Assembly (NCBI GenBank): GCA_031425655.1
Contig: JANPJS010000028.1
Location: forward strand, 1 to 24,064
Reading direction: 5' to 3'
From: Abditibacteriaceae bacterium
GTDB taxonomy: Bacteria > Armatimonadota > Abditibacteriia > Abditibacteriales > Abditibacteriaceae
DNA length: 24,064 bases
A program made the position numbers and the translations under genes. Each line of letters begins with the position of its first letter. Within the stretch, counting starts at the first letter, position 1. A model generated the notes under the pieces. The model did not search any database, had not been told where the DNA came from, and worked only from the letters and a program-made list of their open reading frames with translations. This document shows, one piece after another, positions 8,246 to 15,711 of the stretch.

Positions 8246-8357
8246 GGCGTTAGCCCCGCTCCTCCAAAGACAACGGAATTTAAATTACAGACTACTGAGC
8301 GGAACTGAATATTAAACCAGTCGTTTCTGGGAAGTCGAAGTCTTTGGAAATTTACTC

Positions 8358-8849
8358 ATGCGCGCCTTTCGTGTCAGCAGAATTTGGTTGGTGTTAACGC
8401 TCTTTGCCCTGTGCGGCTTAGTCGCGGCGCCCGCCTTCGCGTTGCACTGCTGCTGCCTCACAAAATCGGAAGTCGTCGCGCATTCGGCGCATCATGCCGA
8501 GCCTGCGATTCAATCCGAAATCGTTGTTAGCGCGCTGCCTCCGTGCCATCAGCACGCGGCGCCTTCGTCGCGTCCTTCGCTTCTCGAATCTCAATCCGCT
8601 TTCCCCGTTAACGCCTTAACTTCCAGCGATGACTGTCGTTGCGAAAGTAATAGCCTGCCGCCTGCGGTGGTTAGCGAAACGCAAAATCGCGCCGCAAGTT
8701 TCGCGCTGGTGGCGATAGATTCGCCGGCACAAACGCTGCCGCCGGTTTCCTTCGTCGCGGATCGCGCGAATTGGCCTTTGGCCGACGCGCCGATTCGACG
8801 AAGTCCCTTCCCCGCTTTACTTTCTGGCCGTGCTCCGCCTGTCTCCTGA
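8358..8849 (+). CDS. Secreted Cys/His-rich leader protein with C-terminal RAPP motif (DUF2946/CruR/CutF-like architecture)
   Basis: Sec-type signal peptide ending APAFA, then HCCC, HSAHH, PPCHQH, DDCRC, and C-terminal ...LLSGRAPPVS (RAPP codons 8829-8840); first gene of a metal-related cluster. Confidence 0.75.
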   Translation: MRAFRVSRIWLVLTLFALCGLVAAPAFALHCCCLTKSEVVAHSAHHAEPAIQSEIVVSALPPCHQHAAPSSRPSLLESQSAFPVNALTSSDDCRCESNSLPPAVVSETQNRAASFALVAIDSPAQTLPPVSFVADRANWPLADAPIRRSPFPALLSGRAPPVS

Positions 8850-8928
8850 AAAAATCGCTGAATTCAGGGCAATTTGCGTCTGATTTCGCCATTTTTCACC
8901 CCTCGGACGCTGGATTTACCGCGTTCCG

Positions 8929-8979
8929 AATCTCGTCGCGTGCGGCTTTCCGCCGGGCGCGAGATTTATCCCTTTTTTT
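8929..8979 (+). promoter_or_regulatory. Hairpin plus T7 run between leader ORF and operon (candidate attenuator/terminator)
   Basis: AATCTCG (8929-8935) pairs with CGAGATT (8960-8966) around an inner GCGG-CTTT-CCGC stem; TTTTTTT at 8973-8979; another imperfect stem TCGGACGC/GCGTTCCGA (8903-8929) lies just upstream. Confidence 0.45.
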
Positions 8980-8998
8980 GAAAGTCAGGAGACGAACC

Positions 8999-9511
8999 AT
9001 GAAATCCAATTTTTCGCGCCGCGCGTTTTTCGCGGCGTTGGCTGTGGGCGCTTTGAGCGCCGTAGGAACTGTGAAACCGGCTTTGGCGCACGAGGCCAAT
9101 TGCCCGCTTTGCGCGATGCCCGTGGTGCAGGATACCGCCACGACAGACAACGAAGTCGCACTGAAATTCGGGCGCAAACGCATCGAATATCGCTGTGTTT
9201 TTTGCGCGCTCAGCGAAGCGCAAACCGATTACAAAAACGGCGACGTGACGATTTACGCACCTTCGGAAAAGAAGGGCGAGCCGATTGCCATCAAGCGCGT
9301 CGGCGGCAAGTGGAGCGCGCCCGAAGGCACGCTCTTCGCCGCGCAAAAGGCCACTCATAAGGTTTGCCCAATCACTTATCGCGCGTTTGCATCGCAGGCA
9401 GGCTTTGCGGCGTGGGTCAAAGCGCATCCCGAACAATTCGGCAAGGACGCCAAACCGCAAACGCTGGAAGCGATGCTCGAATTGTCCAAAACGGCGGTGA
9501 AATCGCCGTGA
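8999..9511 (+). CDS. Tat-exported Cys-rich putative metal-binding protein (YHS/NosL-like CxxCxM start)
   Basis: SD AGGAG at 8987-8991; twin-arginine signal MKSNFSRRAFF...PALA; motifs CPLCAMP, YRCVFCA, HKVC. Confidence 0.8.
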   Translation: MKSNFSRRAFFAALAVGALSAVGTVKPALAHEANCPLCAMPVVQDTATTDNEVALKFGRKRIEYRCVFCALSEAQTDYKNGDVTIYAPSEKKGEPIAIKRVGGKWSAPEGTLFAAQKATHKVCPITYRAFASQAGFAAWVKAHPEQFGKDAKPQTLEAMLELSKTAVKSP

Positions 9512-11103
9512 AAACGCGAACTGACAGTTTCGCTTTGGCCGCGTTCGGCGCGCTGTTAATATCAGCGAATGCCGACGCCGCGCCAATGGCCGGACACGAT
9601 ATGCCCGCGCCGTCGCAGATTTACAACGATAAGCCGCGCGCCTTGCCGCCTTTGCCGGATAATCTGCCGTCGTGGATGAACAATACGCAGAAGAATCACC
9701 TGTTTTATAAGCGCGGCGCTTACAACTACGACGTTTACAACGTAAAACCGCTGGCGCTCGACCTCAACGCCGTCGCTGTTGGCCACGCGCTGGCTTACGA
9801 AGATTTAGTGACTGGCAAAAGCGCAACGCTGGAAACCGCAACCTTCAATCGCATCCAGCGCGTGCTGAAGAATCCGCCGAAGTTTATGCCCGACGAAGCG
9901 GCGATTTCACCGACGTTTGGGCGGCAATACGGCGTGCTGGAACAAATGTTCGATTGGACGCACGTTTTGCACGCGCAAACCGTGGACGTGCTGGCCTCGA
10001 CGCAAATGTCGCCAGCGCAAAAAGAGCGCGAAATTCGGGCGCTGTGGGATTTCTATTTCAACAGCGTGCCGTATGCCATCACGCCGCTGCCGATGAACAT
10101 GGAATGGCTCGATTCGCAGCCGTATTCGATGGCTTTTCGTCACAAATATCCTAAAGTCAACGGCTTGTTTTGGGGCTATCACTGGCTGCAAGGCGCGATG
10201 TATGACGGCTTGGACGGGTTAACGCTCGATCAGCAGCGCCGTTCTTACGAAGTGATCGGCAAGCGTTATCACGAAACCGAGCTTTATCGAACCGACCGGC
10301 CTTTCATGCCGATGTTTGCCGAAACCAGTCCGAAATTCGCCGCGAAATTCCCCGACATCGCCAACGCTTTCGACAACTTGCATATGCTGCACGACATGGT
10401 GAATGACATTTTGGCCAGCGATTGGATTACGCCCGCGCAAAAAGCCGAGCAAATCAAGCGCGCGATGTGGATTGTCTCTGCCGACGCGCACAAAGGCGAA
10501 AAACCCGGCCAAGCCAAACGTGGCTTGCACGACCATCGTTTTATGGAAGGAATGCCGGGCATGGGCATGATGAAAGGCTCGACAACCGAAGTCATGTTCA
10601 TGCCGAAAATGGGCTGGATGCGCATGGACGAGTGCCATCATTGCTCGATGCCGCTCAACGCAGGCGAAAATGTGTGGCGCAACTCGACGGTCAGCGCCGA
10701 AGGCTGGACGATGCGCGTGCGCTGCGCGCTGTGCGCCCGCGATATGGCCGCGGAAAGCAAAGGCGAAGCGATCTTGCGGATTCCCCTCGAATCGCCCGCT
10801 AAAACTCTCGTAGTGCTTTCGAGCGCGGACGGCATTTTGAAAACCGACACGCCAAATGTGCTGTTTTTGGAAGAAGTCGGCAGTCACGCCAAATGTGAGC
10901 AATGGTCGCGCGCTTTTTCCACTCGCACCGCGTTCGACGCTTTTGTCAATGCCAATCCGAAATACAAAGGCGCCAAACCGCTGACGTGGCCCGAATGGTC
11001 GAGCAAAGAAACCGCAGGCACGCCGGACACTTACGAAAAGCCCAAAGGCCCGGTCGAAAATCCTTACGCCAAAGCGCACGGCGAAGCGGCGGTGCATCCA
11101 TGA
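9508..11103 (+). CDS. Exported two-domain putative metalloprotein (His-rich helical domain, Met-rich linker, CxxC domain paralogous to the upstream gene)
   Basis: GTG start overlaps the upstream stop (GTGA 9508-9511); signal peptide ending ANADA; DWTHVLH, YHWLQ, DNLHMLHD, HDH; MEGMPGMGMMKG...MFMPKMGWMRMD; CHHCSMP, RCALCA, HAKC. Confidence 0.8.
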   Translation: MKTRTDSFALAAFGALLISANADAAPMAGHDMPAPSQIYNDKPRALPPLPDNLPSWMNNTQKNHLFYKRGAYNYDVYNVKPLALDLNAVAVGHALAYEDLVTGKSATLETATFNRIQRVLKNPPKFMPDEAAISPTFGRQYGVLEQMFDWTHVLHAQTVDVLASTQMSPAQKEREIRALWDFYFNSVPYAITPLPMNMEWLDSQPYSMAFRHKYPKVNGLFWGYHWLQGAMYDGLDGLTLDQQRRSYEVIGKRYHETELYRTDRPFMPMFAETSPKFAAKFPDIANAFDNLHMLHDMVNDILASDWITPAQKAEQIKRAMWIVSADAHKGEKPGQAKRGLHDHRFMEGMPGMGMMKGSTTEVMFMPKMGWMRMDECHHCSMPLNAGENVWRNSTVSAEGWTMRVRCALCARDMAAESKGEAILRIPLESPAKTLVVLSSADGILKTDTPNVLFLEEVGSHAKCEQWSRAFSTRTAFDAFVNANPKYKGAKPLTWPEWSSKETAGTPDTYEKPKGPVENPYAKAHGEAAVHP

Positions 11104-11888
11104 AAACCCAAATTTTGATGGCCTCCTTCGCTTTTTTGTCGGCACTTCCGGCTTTGGCGGTTGACCACAACAATCTCGATGCCGGGCGCCCATTGGACTT
11201 CGACGACGCCGAATCCATCGCCTTTCGTGAAAAATCGTTCGAGTTCGGCGCCGCTGTCGTCAAGCTGAAAAGCGGCAAGGTTGGCGTCGAAGGCGCGGCG
11301 GAATTGCTTTATGGCTTCGCGCGAAATTCGCATATTTCGCTTGATTTCGATCCGAAATATGTGAGTGAAAACGGTGGCGGGGCACCCTCTGGGTCGGAAC
11401 GCGGTGATTTTGGCGATGTCGGCATCGGCGTATTTCATAATTTCAACCGCGAATATGGCAAAACGCCCGCGTTTTCGGTTCGCGCCGACGCTTTTTTGCC
11501 GACGGGGCGCGATTCGCGCGGCGTGGATTTTCGTGTGCGCGGCATCGCTTCCAAGCAGTTTCGCCAATACGACCGCTTGCATTTGAACGTGGATTTGCAC
11601 GCCAATAATCGCGCGGCGCCCAACGAGCGAAATTTTCAGCCCGGCGTGATTTTGGGCTATTCGCATCCTCTGGGTTACCCGACGCGCTTCGACCGCACGC
11701 TCGTGGCGCAAATCGGCTATCGCGCCAATGAACTGAGCGGACAAAGCGGCATCACGACTCTTGGCGTCGGTCTGCGGCAACAAGTCAGCGTGCGTTCGGT
11801 TTTCGATGTCGGCGTGACCAGCGATGTATCCGGCGGCGCGAATCGTGAAGCGTTCAAGCTGATCGCCGGGTATTCGACGCAATTTTAA
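11100..11888 (+). CDS. Putative outer-membrane beta-barrel protein
   Basis: ATG overlaps the upstream stop (ATGA 11100-11103); signal peptide ending PALA; alternating amphipathic strands; C-terminal ...LIAGYSTQF with terminal Phe (BamA-type beta-signal). Confidence 0.7.
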   Translation: MKTQILMASFAFLSALPALAVDHNNLDAGRPLDFDDAESIAFREKSFEFGAAVVKLKSGKVGVEGAAELLYGFARNSHISLDFDPKYVSENGGGAPSGSERGDFGDVGIGVFHNFNREYGKTPAFSVRADAFLPTGRDSRGVDFRVRGIASKQFRQYDRLHLNVDLHANNRAAPNERNFQPGVILGYSHPLGYPTRFDRTLVAQIGYRANELSGQSGITTLGVGLRQQVSVRSVFDVGVTSDVSGGANREAFKLIAGYSTQF

Positions 11889-11897
11889 GGAATTTCT

Positions 11898-13652
11898 ATG
11901 AAAACGATCTTTTCAAAGCGCCCTTGTGCGCTTCTCATCGGCGGTTTGATTTTGGGGTCGCCGGGTTTTGCGGGGCAAAGTCATGCGGCAACGGCTCGCG
12001 CGGAGGCTGTGCCGTCGCAGTTCGAGGGTAGCGCAGCAACCTGGCGCGATGTGCGAACCGGCGTGCGCGAATTAGACGGAATTGTCGCGGCGCGCAAACT
12101 TGCTGAAGTGCATGAAGCCGCGTTCAATTTGCGCGACAGCGTGCGCGAGTTGCGTTCGGGCAAGGTTTTAAGCGACGGCGCGCAGTCAAAGCTGCAATCG
12201 CTGATTAAACAAGTGGATGCTCTGGCCAATGATCTCGACAGCAGCGGCGATAAAAACGATTTGCGCGGCACCGTTGTTAATCAGCGCAAAATGCACGTTT
12301 TGCTCGATCAAATCGCCGCGCTTTACCCAATGGGCGCGTTGCCGAAAGTTGGGCCAATCGTCTCGAAAACGGCGGTCAAAGACCCGGTTTGCCGCATGAC
12401 GGTTGACCCGGCAACATCAAGCAAAGTCGCCTACAACGGCCAGACTTACTATTTTTGCTCGAAGGATGAAACCGCCGTTTTCGCCAAGAATCCGGCGCAT
12501 TACGCCAAGCTTTACGAAGAGCTGACTTACGGCAAACCCAGAAGCTATGCGCTGAGTTTGGGTCGTCCCAGCCAAATCGTCGCCGGGCGCAACGTGCCGC
12601 TGACTTTTGCAGTTCGCCAGGCTGGTTCGCCCGCTGTCGTGGGCGAATTTCAGCTTATTCACGAAAAGTTGATGCACCTGATTATGGTCAGCGATGATCT
12701 GTCGTGGTTTGCGCACGAGCATCCGCAATTGGGCCGCGATGGGCGCTTTCGCTTGAATTGGAAGTTTGCAAGGCCCGGTCGCTATCTGCTTTTCGCCGAC
12801 TTTACGCCTGCCAATGGCTTGAACCAAATTTTGCGTAGCGAACTCAGCGTCAGCGGCGCCAAAGCGCACAATTTGCCGCGTTTGACGCCGGACACTCGGC
12901 TTTCTAAAAGCGTGGACGGCTTCGATGTCGCGGTCAAAATCGCGCCGCAACTGCAAGCCGGTCGGGCTTCATTATTGACCTACACCATTACGCGCAACGG
13001 CAAGCCGGTGACGGATATGCAGCCGTATTTGGGCGCGATGGGCCACTTGATGGCGATTCACCAGAATGGGCGCGACTTGGTTCATACGCACGTTTCCGGT
13101 GCGGGTGCAGGCGATGATGGGCTTACCATCACGCCGGAAATGGCCACGAGCAAAGGCCCGAAATTCACTTATAAGCTGCAACTGCCGACCGGCGGTGTTT
13201 ACAAAATCTGGGCGCAGTTCCAACGCGGCGGCAAAATTCTGACCGTCCCGTTCGTGTTCCGGGTTCAAGGAGAAACCATGAAAAACAAGATGATGACCAT
13301 CGCGGCCACAGCCGCTGCAATGGGAACGATGCACGCCGCGCCCGCGAAAAACGCCGCGAAGCCGGCGTCCAAAGCTTCGCTTAAAGCCGCACCGCAAAAG
13401 ATTATGGTGACGCTGCCCGGCGGCTACAAAACCGGCGCCGCGACCGTGAAAGCCGGCAAACCCGTCGCCCTCACGTTTTATCTGAAAAGCGATGCCGGAT
13501 GCGGCAATATTGTGGCTTTTCCGACGGCCAAGTGGCAGAAAAACCTCAAAGTCGGCGAAAAAGCGACCGTGACTTTCACGCCGAAGAAATCCGGCACGCT
13601 GGCCTTCGCCTGCGACATGAACATGATGAAGGGCAGCATTTTGGTGAAGTAA
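11898..13652 (+). CDS. Exported YHS-domain heavy-metal-binding protein with C-terminal cupredoxin-like module
   Basis: Signal peptide; YHS motif KDPVCRMTVD...YNGQTYYFCS; His motifs HEKLMHL, FAHEHP, PYLGAMGHL, LVHTH; C-terminal GCGN...FTPKKSG...FACDMNMMKGSILVK. Confidence 0.82.
   Translation: MKTIFSKRPCALLIGGLILGSPGFAGQSHAATARAEAVPSQFEGSAATWRDVRTGVRELDGIVAARKLAEVHEAAFNLRDSVRELRSGKVLSDGAQSKLQSLIKQVDALANDLDSSGDKNDLRGTVVNQRKMHVLLDQIAALYPMGALPKVGPIVSKTAVKDPVCRMTVDPATSSKVAYNGQTYYFCSKDETAVFAKNPAHYAKLYEELTYGKPRSYALSLGRPSQIVAGRNVPLTFAVRQAGSPAVVGEFQLIHEKLMHLIMVSDDLSWFAHEHPQLGRDGRFRLNWKFARPGRYLLFADFTPANGLNQILRSELSVSGAKAHNLPRLTPDTRLSKSVDGFDVAVKIAPQLQAGRASLLTYTITRNGKPVTDMQPYLGAMGHLMAIHQNGRDLVHTHVSGAGAGDDGLTITPEMATSKGPKFTYKLQLPTGGVYKIWAQFQRGGKILTVPFVFRVQGETMKNKMMTIAATAAAMGTMHAAPAKNAAKPASKASLKAAPQKIMVTLPGGYKTGAATVKAGKPVALTFYLKSDAGCGNIVAFPTAKWQKNLKVGEKATVTFTPKKSGTLAFACDMNMMKGSILVK
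13278..13652 (+). CDS. Possible separately translated cupredoxin-like protein (in-frame internal start)
   Basis: SD AAGGAG (13267-13272) precedes in-frame ATG 13278; the sequence MKNKMMTIAATAAAMGTMHAAPA resembles a signal peptide. Confidence 0.5.
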   Translation: MKNKMMTIAATAAAMGTMHAAPAKNAAKPASKASLKAAPQKIMVTLPGGYKTGAATVKAGKPVALTFYLKSDAGCGNIVAFPTAKWQKNLKVGEKATVTFTPKKSGTLAFACDMNMMKGSILVK

Positions 13653-13695
13653 GCCAATATGCGCTTTGTGATGGTAGCCACTTGCCGGGATTTGC

Positions 13696-13724
13696 TTGAC
13701 CCGAACGCCAAAAACGCTTATAAA
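13696..13724 (+). promoter_or_regulatory. Putative sigma70 promoter for tRNA-Leu (and perhaps maf-mreBCD)
   Basis: TTGACC (13696-13701), 17 bp spacer, TATAAA (13719-13724), about 40 nt upstream of the tRNA. Confidence 0.6.
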
Positions 13725-13763
13725 TTATGTGCTGCGCCCCGTTTAGCGCAGCACATTTCATCA

Positions 13764-13846
13764 GCCGATGTGGCGGAATGGCAGACGCAGCGGGCTTAAA
13801 ATCCGCAGTCCGAAAGGGCGTGCCGGTTCGAGTCCGGCCATCGGTA
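13764..13846 (+). tRNA. tRNA-Leu (anticodon TAA), CCA not encoded
   Basis: Acceptor stem GCCGATG/CATCGGT, D-arm GGCGGAATGGCAGACGC, anticodon arm GCGGG-CTTAAAA-TCCGC (TAA at 13797-13799), long variable arm, T-arm GCCGG-TTCGAGT-CCGGC, discriminator A. Confidence 0.96.
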
Positions 13847-13851
13847 GATTG

Positions 13852-13925
13852 AATTGAGAATGAAGAATGCAGAATTGCGAAAAGCCTCGTGCTGCTTCGC
13901 AATTGTGCATTCTTCATTCTCAATT
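13852..13925. repeat. Heptamer-based inverted repeat between tRNA and maf
   Basis: AATTGAGAATGAAGAATGCAGAATTGCGAA (13852-13881) pairs with 13896-13925 with one mismatch; arms are built from GAATxxx heptamers. Confidence 0.85.
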
Positions 13926-13933
13926 TGTGTTTT

Positions 13934-14557
13934 ATGGAGCCTGTTTTTCCGTATTCTCTGGTTTTGGCGTCGTCTTCGCCGCGCCGCTCGCAGCTTCTGC
14001 ACGGCGCGGGCATTCGGTTTACACTGGCAGCAGCACTCTGGGACGAACCGCCTCCAACCGCGCACGAAGAAGCTCATCCCGCGCTTTACGTCGAAAAATT
14101 AGCGCGTCACAAAGCCGAATCCTGCGATCTCGCAGCCTTACCAAAACTGTCTGGCAAGCCTTTGATTCTCACAGCGGACACCATTGTCTGGCACGGCGGC
14201 AGAATTCTCAACAAGCCGCGTGATGAAGCGCAGGCGCGAACGATGCTAAAATCGCTGTGCGGCCATACTCATCAAGTGCTGACCGGAGTTTGCCTGCGCG
14301 ACGGCGACACCCTTTTCACGGCGCACGAAACGACGCGCGTTACGTTTTACGAGCGCGACGACGAATGGATTGCGCGTTATGTAGCGACGGGCGAGCCGAT
14401 GGACAAAGCCGGCGCATACGCGGCTCAGGGACAAGGCGCGTTTTTGCTGAAACGCATTGACGGCGACTTTTCCAACGTGGTCGGATTGCCGCTGGGACTT
14501 TTGGGGCGAATGCTCGAAGAGCGCGGCGTCAATTATCAAGATTGGTGGACAATTTAA
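13934..14557 (+). CDS. maf: Maf family nucleoside triphosphate pyrophosphatase
   Basis: LVLASSSPRRSQLL, LTADTIV, KP, HQVLTGV, GEPMDKAGAYAAQG, NVVGLP; directly upstream of mreBCD. Start moved to ATG 13934 because the longer ORF runs through the repeat. Confidence 0.94.
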   Translation: MEPVFPYSLVLASSSPRRSQLLHGAGIRFTLAAALWDEPPPTAHEEAHPALYVEKLARHKAESCDLAALPKLSGKPLILTADTIVWHGGRILNKPRDEAQARTMLKSLCGHTHQVLTGVCLRDGDTLFTAHETTRVTFYERDDEWIARYVATGEPMDKAGAYAAQGQGAFLLKRIDGDFSNVVGLPLGLLGRMLEERGVNYQDWWTI

Positions 14558-14588
14558 CAGCGCATCAAGGCGTTGAAGCGAACTTATT

Positions 14589-15626
14589 GTGGTAAGAAAT
14601 TTTTTCGGTCGGTTCTCGCAAGACATGGGCATTGACCTCGGCACCGCGAACACCTTAGTTCATGTGCGAGGGCGCGGCGTGGTGCTGCGCGAGCCATCGG
14701 TCGTGGCGTGGAATACCGAGCGCAATCAAGTGTGTTCGGTCGGCGAGGACGCCAAGCAAATGGTCGGGCGCACGCCCAGCCACATTATTGCGATTCGGCC
14801 TTTGAAAGACGGCGTGATCGCTGATTATGAAAAAACCCGCGATATGCTGGTGCATTTCATCCGGCGCGTGCATCGCGGGCATCGCTTCGCGTATCCACGC
14901 GTGATGGTGGGCATTCCCTCCGGTATTACTGAAGTCGAAAAGCGCGCCGTCATCGAAGCCGCCAACACGGCGGGGGCACGCGAGGCGCGCACTATCGAAG
15001 AGCCGATGGCGGCGGCGATTGGCGCGCATCTTCCCGTCAGTGAGCCGACCGGCTCGATGATCGTGGACATCGGCGGCGGCACGACCGAAGTCGCGGTGAT
15101 TTCTTTAGGCGGCATCGTGACCAGCCGCAGTTTGCGCGTGGCCGGCGACGAAATTGACGAAGCCATCATCGCGCATTTGCGCCGCGAGCATAATATGCTC
15201 ATCGGCGAGCGCACGGCGGAGTTTTTGAAGATTCAAATCGGCTCGGCGCACGCGCTCGGACAGGAATTGCAAGCCGAAATTCGGGGCCGCGATTTGGTCA
15301 CCGGATTGCCGCGCAAGCTCACGATTACCTCGCCCGAAATTCGTATCGCCATTCGTGAGCCGATTCGTGAAATCGTCGAAATCGTCAAAGCAACGCTCGA
15401 ACAATCGCCGCCGGAATTAGCTTCGGACATTATGGAGCGCGGCATCATGTTGGCCGGCGGCGGCGCTCTGCTGCGCGGCTTGGATGAGCTAATCCACAAA
15501 GAAACGCAAATCGAAGTGCATATCGCCGAAGACCCGCTTTCGTGCGTGGCAATGGGCACCGGCGTGGCCGTCGAAGCCTGGGATTCTTGGAGCCGCTCTA
15601 ATAACGCCATTTACAGCAAGAATTAA
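14589..15626 (+). CDS. mreB: Rod shape-determining protein MreB
   Basis: [63 protein letters not shown]. Confidence 0.98.
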   Translation: MVRNFFGRFSQDMGIDLGTANTLVHVRGRGVVLREPSVVAWNTERNQVCSVGEDAKQMVGRTPSHIIAIRPLKDGVIADYEKTRDMLVHFIRRVHRGHRFAYPRVMVGIPSGITEVEKRAVIEAANTAGAREARTIEEPMAAAIGAHLPVSEPTGSMIVDIGGGTTEVAVISLGGIVTSRSLRVAGDEIDEAIIAHLRREHNMLIGERTAEFLKIQIGSAHALGQELQAEIRGRDLVTGLPRKLTITSPEIRIAIREPIREIVEIVKATLEQSPPELASDIMERGIMLAGGGALLRGLDELIHKETQIEVHIAEDPLSCVAMGTGVAVEAWDSWSRSNNAIYSKN

Positions 15627-15627
15627 G

Positions 15628-15706
15628 TGAGTTTTGAGTTTTAAGTTTTGAGTTTTGAATTAAATAAAACTCAAAACTCAAAACTCAAAACTCAAAACTC
15701 AAAACT
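15628..15706. repeat. Inverted arrays of TGAGTTT / AAAACTC heptamers
   Basis: About 5 TGAGTTT-like units (15628-15661) facing about 6 AAAACTC units (15666-15706) in the mreB-mreC gap. Confidence 0.92.
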
Positions 15707-15711
15707 TCCCG

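Larger units (their letters stand above)
7738..8299. repeat. Nested composite inverted-repeat region (outer IR, REP-like doublet, two inserted cassettes)
   Basis: Outer 13-bp IR AGTAGTCTGTAAT (7741-7753 / 8284-8296) with CTGAG direct repeats (7738-7742, 8295-8299); 36-bp perfect IR 7786-7821 / 8226-8261; central 31-bp perfect IR 8002-8032 / 8075-8105. Confidence 0.9.

Noticed and set aside
7786..8261. CRISPR-like or ncRNA interpretation of the four AATGGCATTAAGTTAAG copies
   Set aside because: Copies alternate in orientation and have target-site duplications, which fits TIR pairs, not direct repeats with spacers; no known ncRNA motif recognised.
8771..8998. N-terminal extension of ORF 8771-9511
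   Set aside because: Overlaps the leader ORF and the structured gap; SD and Tat signal support ATG 8999.
9364..9507. N-terminal extension of ORF 9364-11103
   Set aside because: Overlaps the upstream gene; GTG 9508 gives stop/start coupling and a signal peptide.
10902..11099. N-terminal extension of ORF 10902-11888
   Set aside because: Lies within the upstream gene; ATG 11100 gives ATGA coupling and a signal peptide.
10219..11882. Long antisense ORFs (10219-11193, 11064-11882; likewise 15685-16536 and 22728-23639)
   Set aside because: Shadow ORFs opposite well-supported genes, expected in GC-rich DNA; no motifs.
8358..13846. Metal operon as a tRNA-integrated genomic island
   Set aside because: It lies 5' of the tRNA, with no integrase, no duplicated tRNA 3' end and no evident compositional shift.
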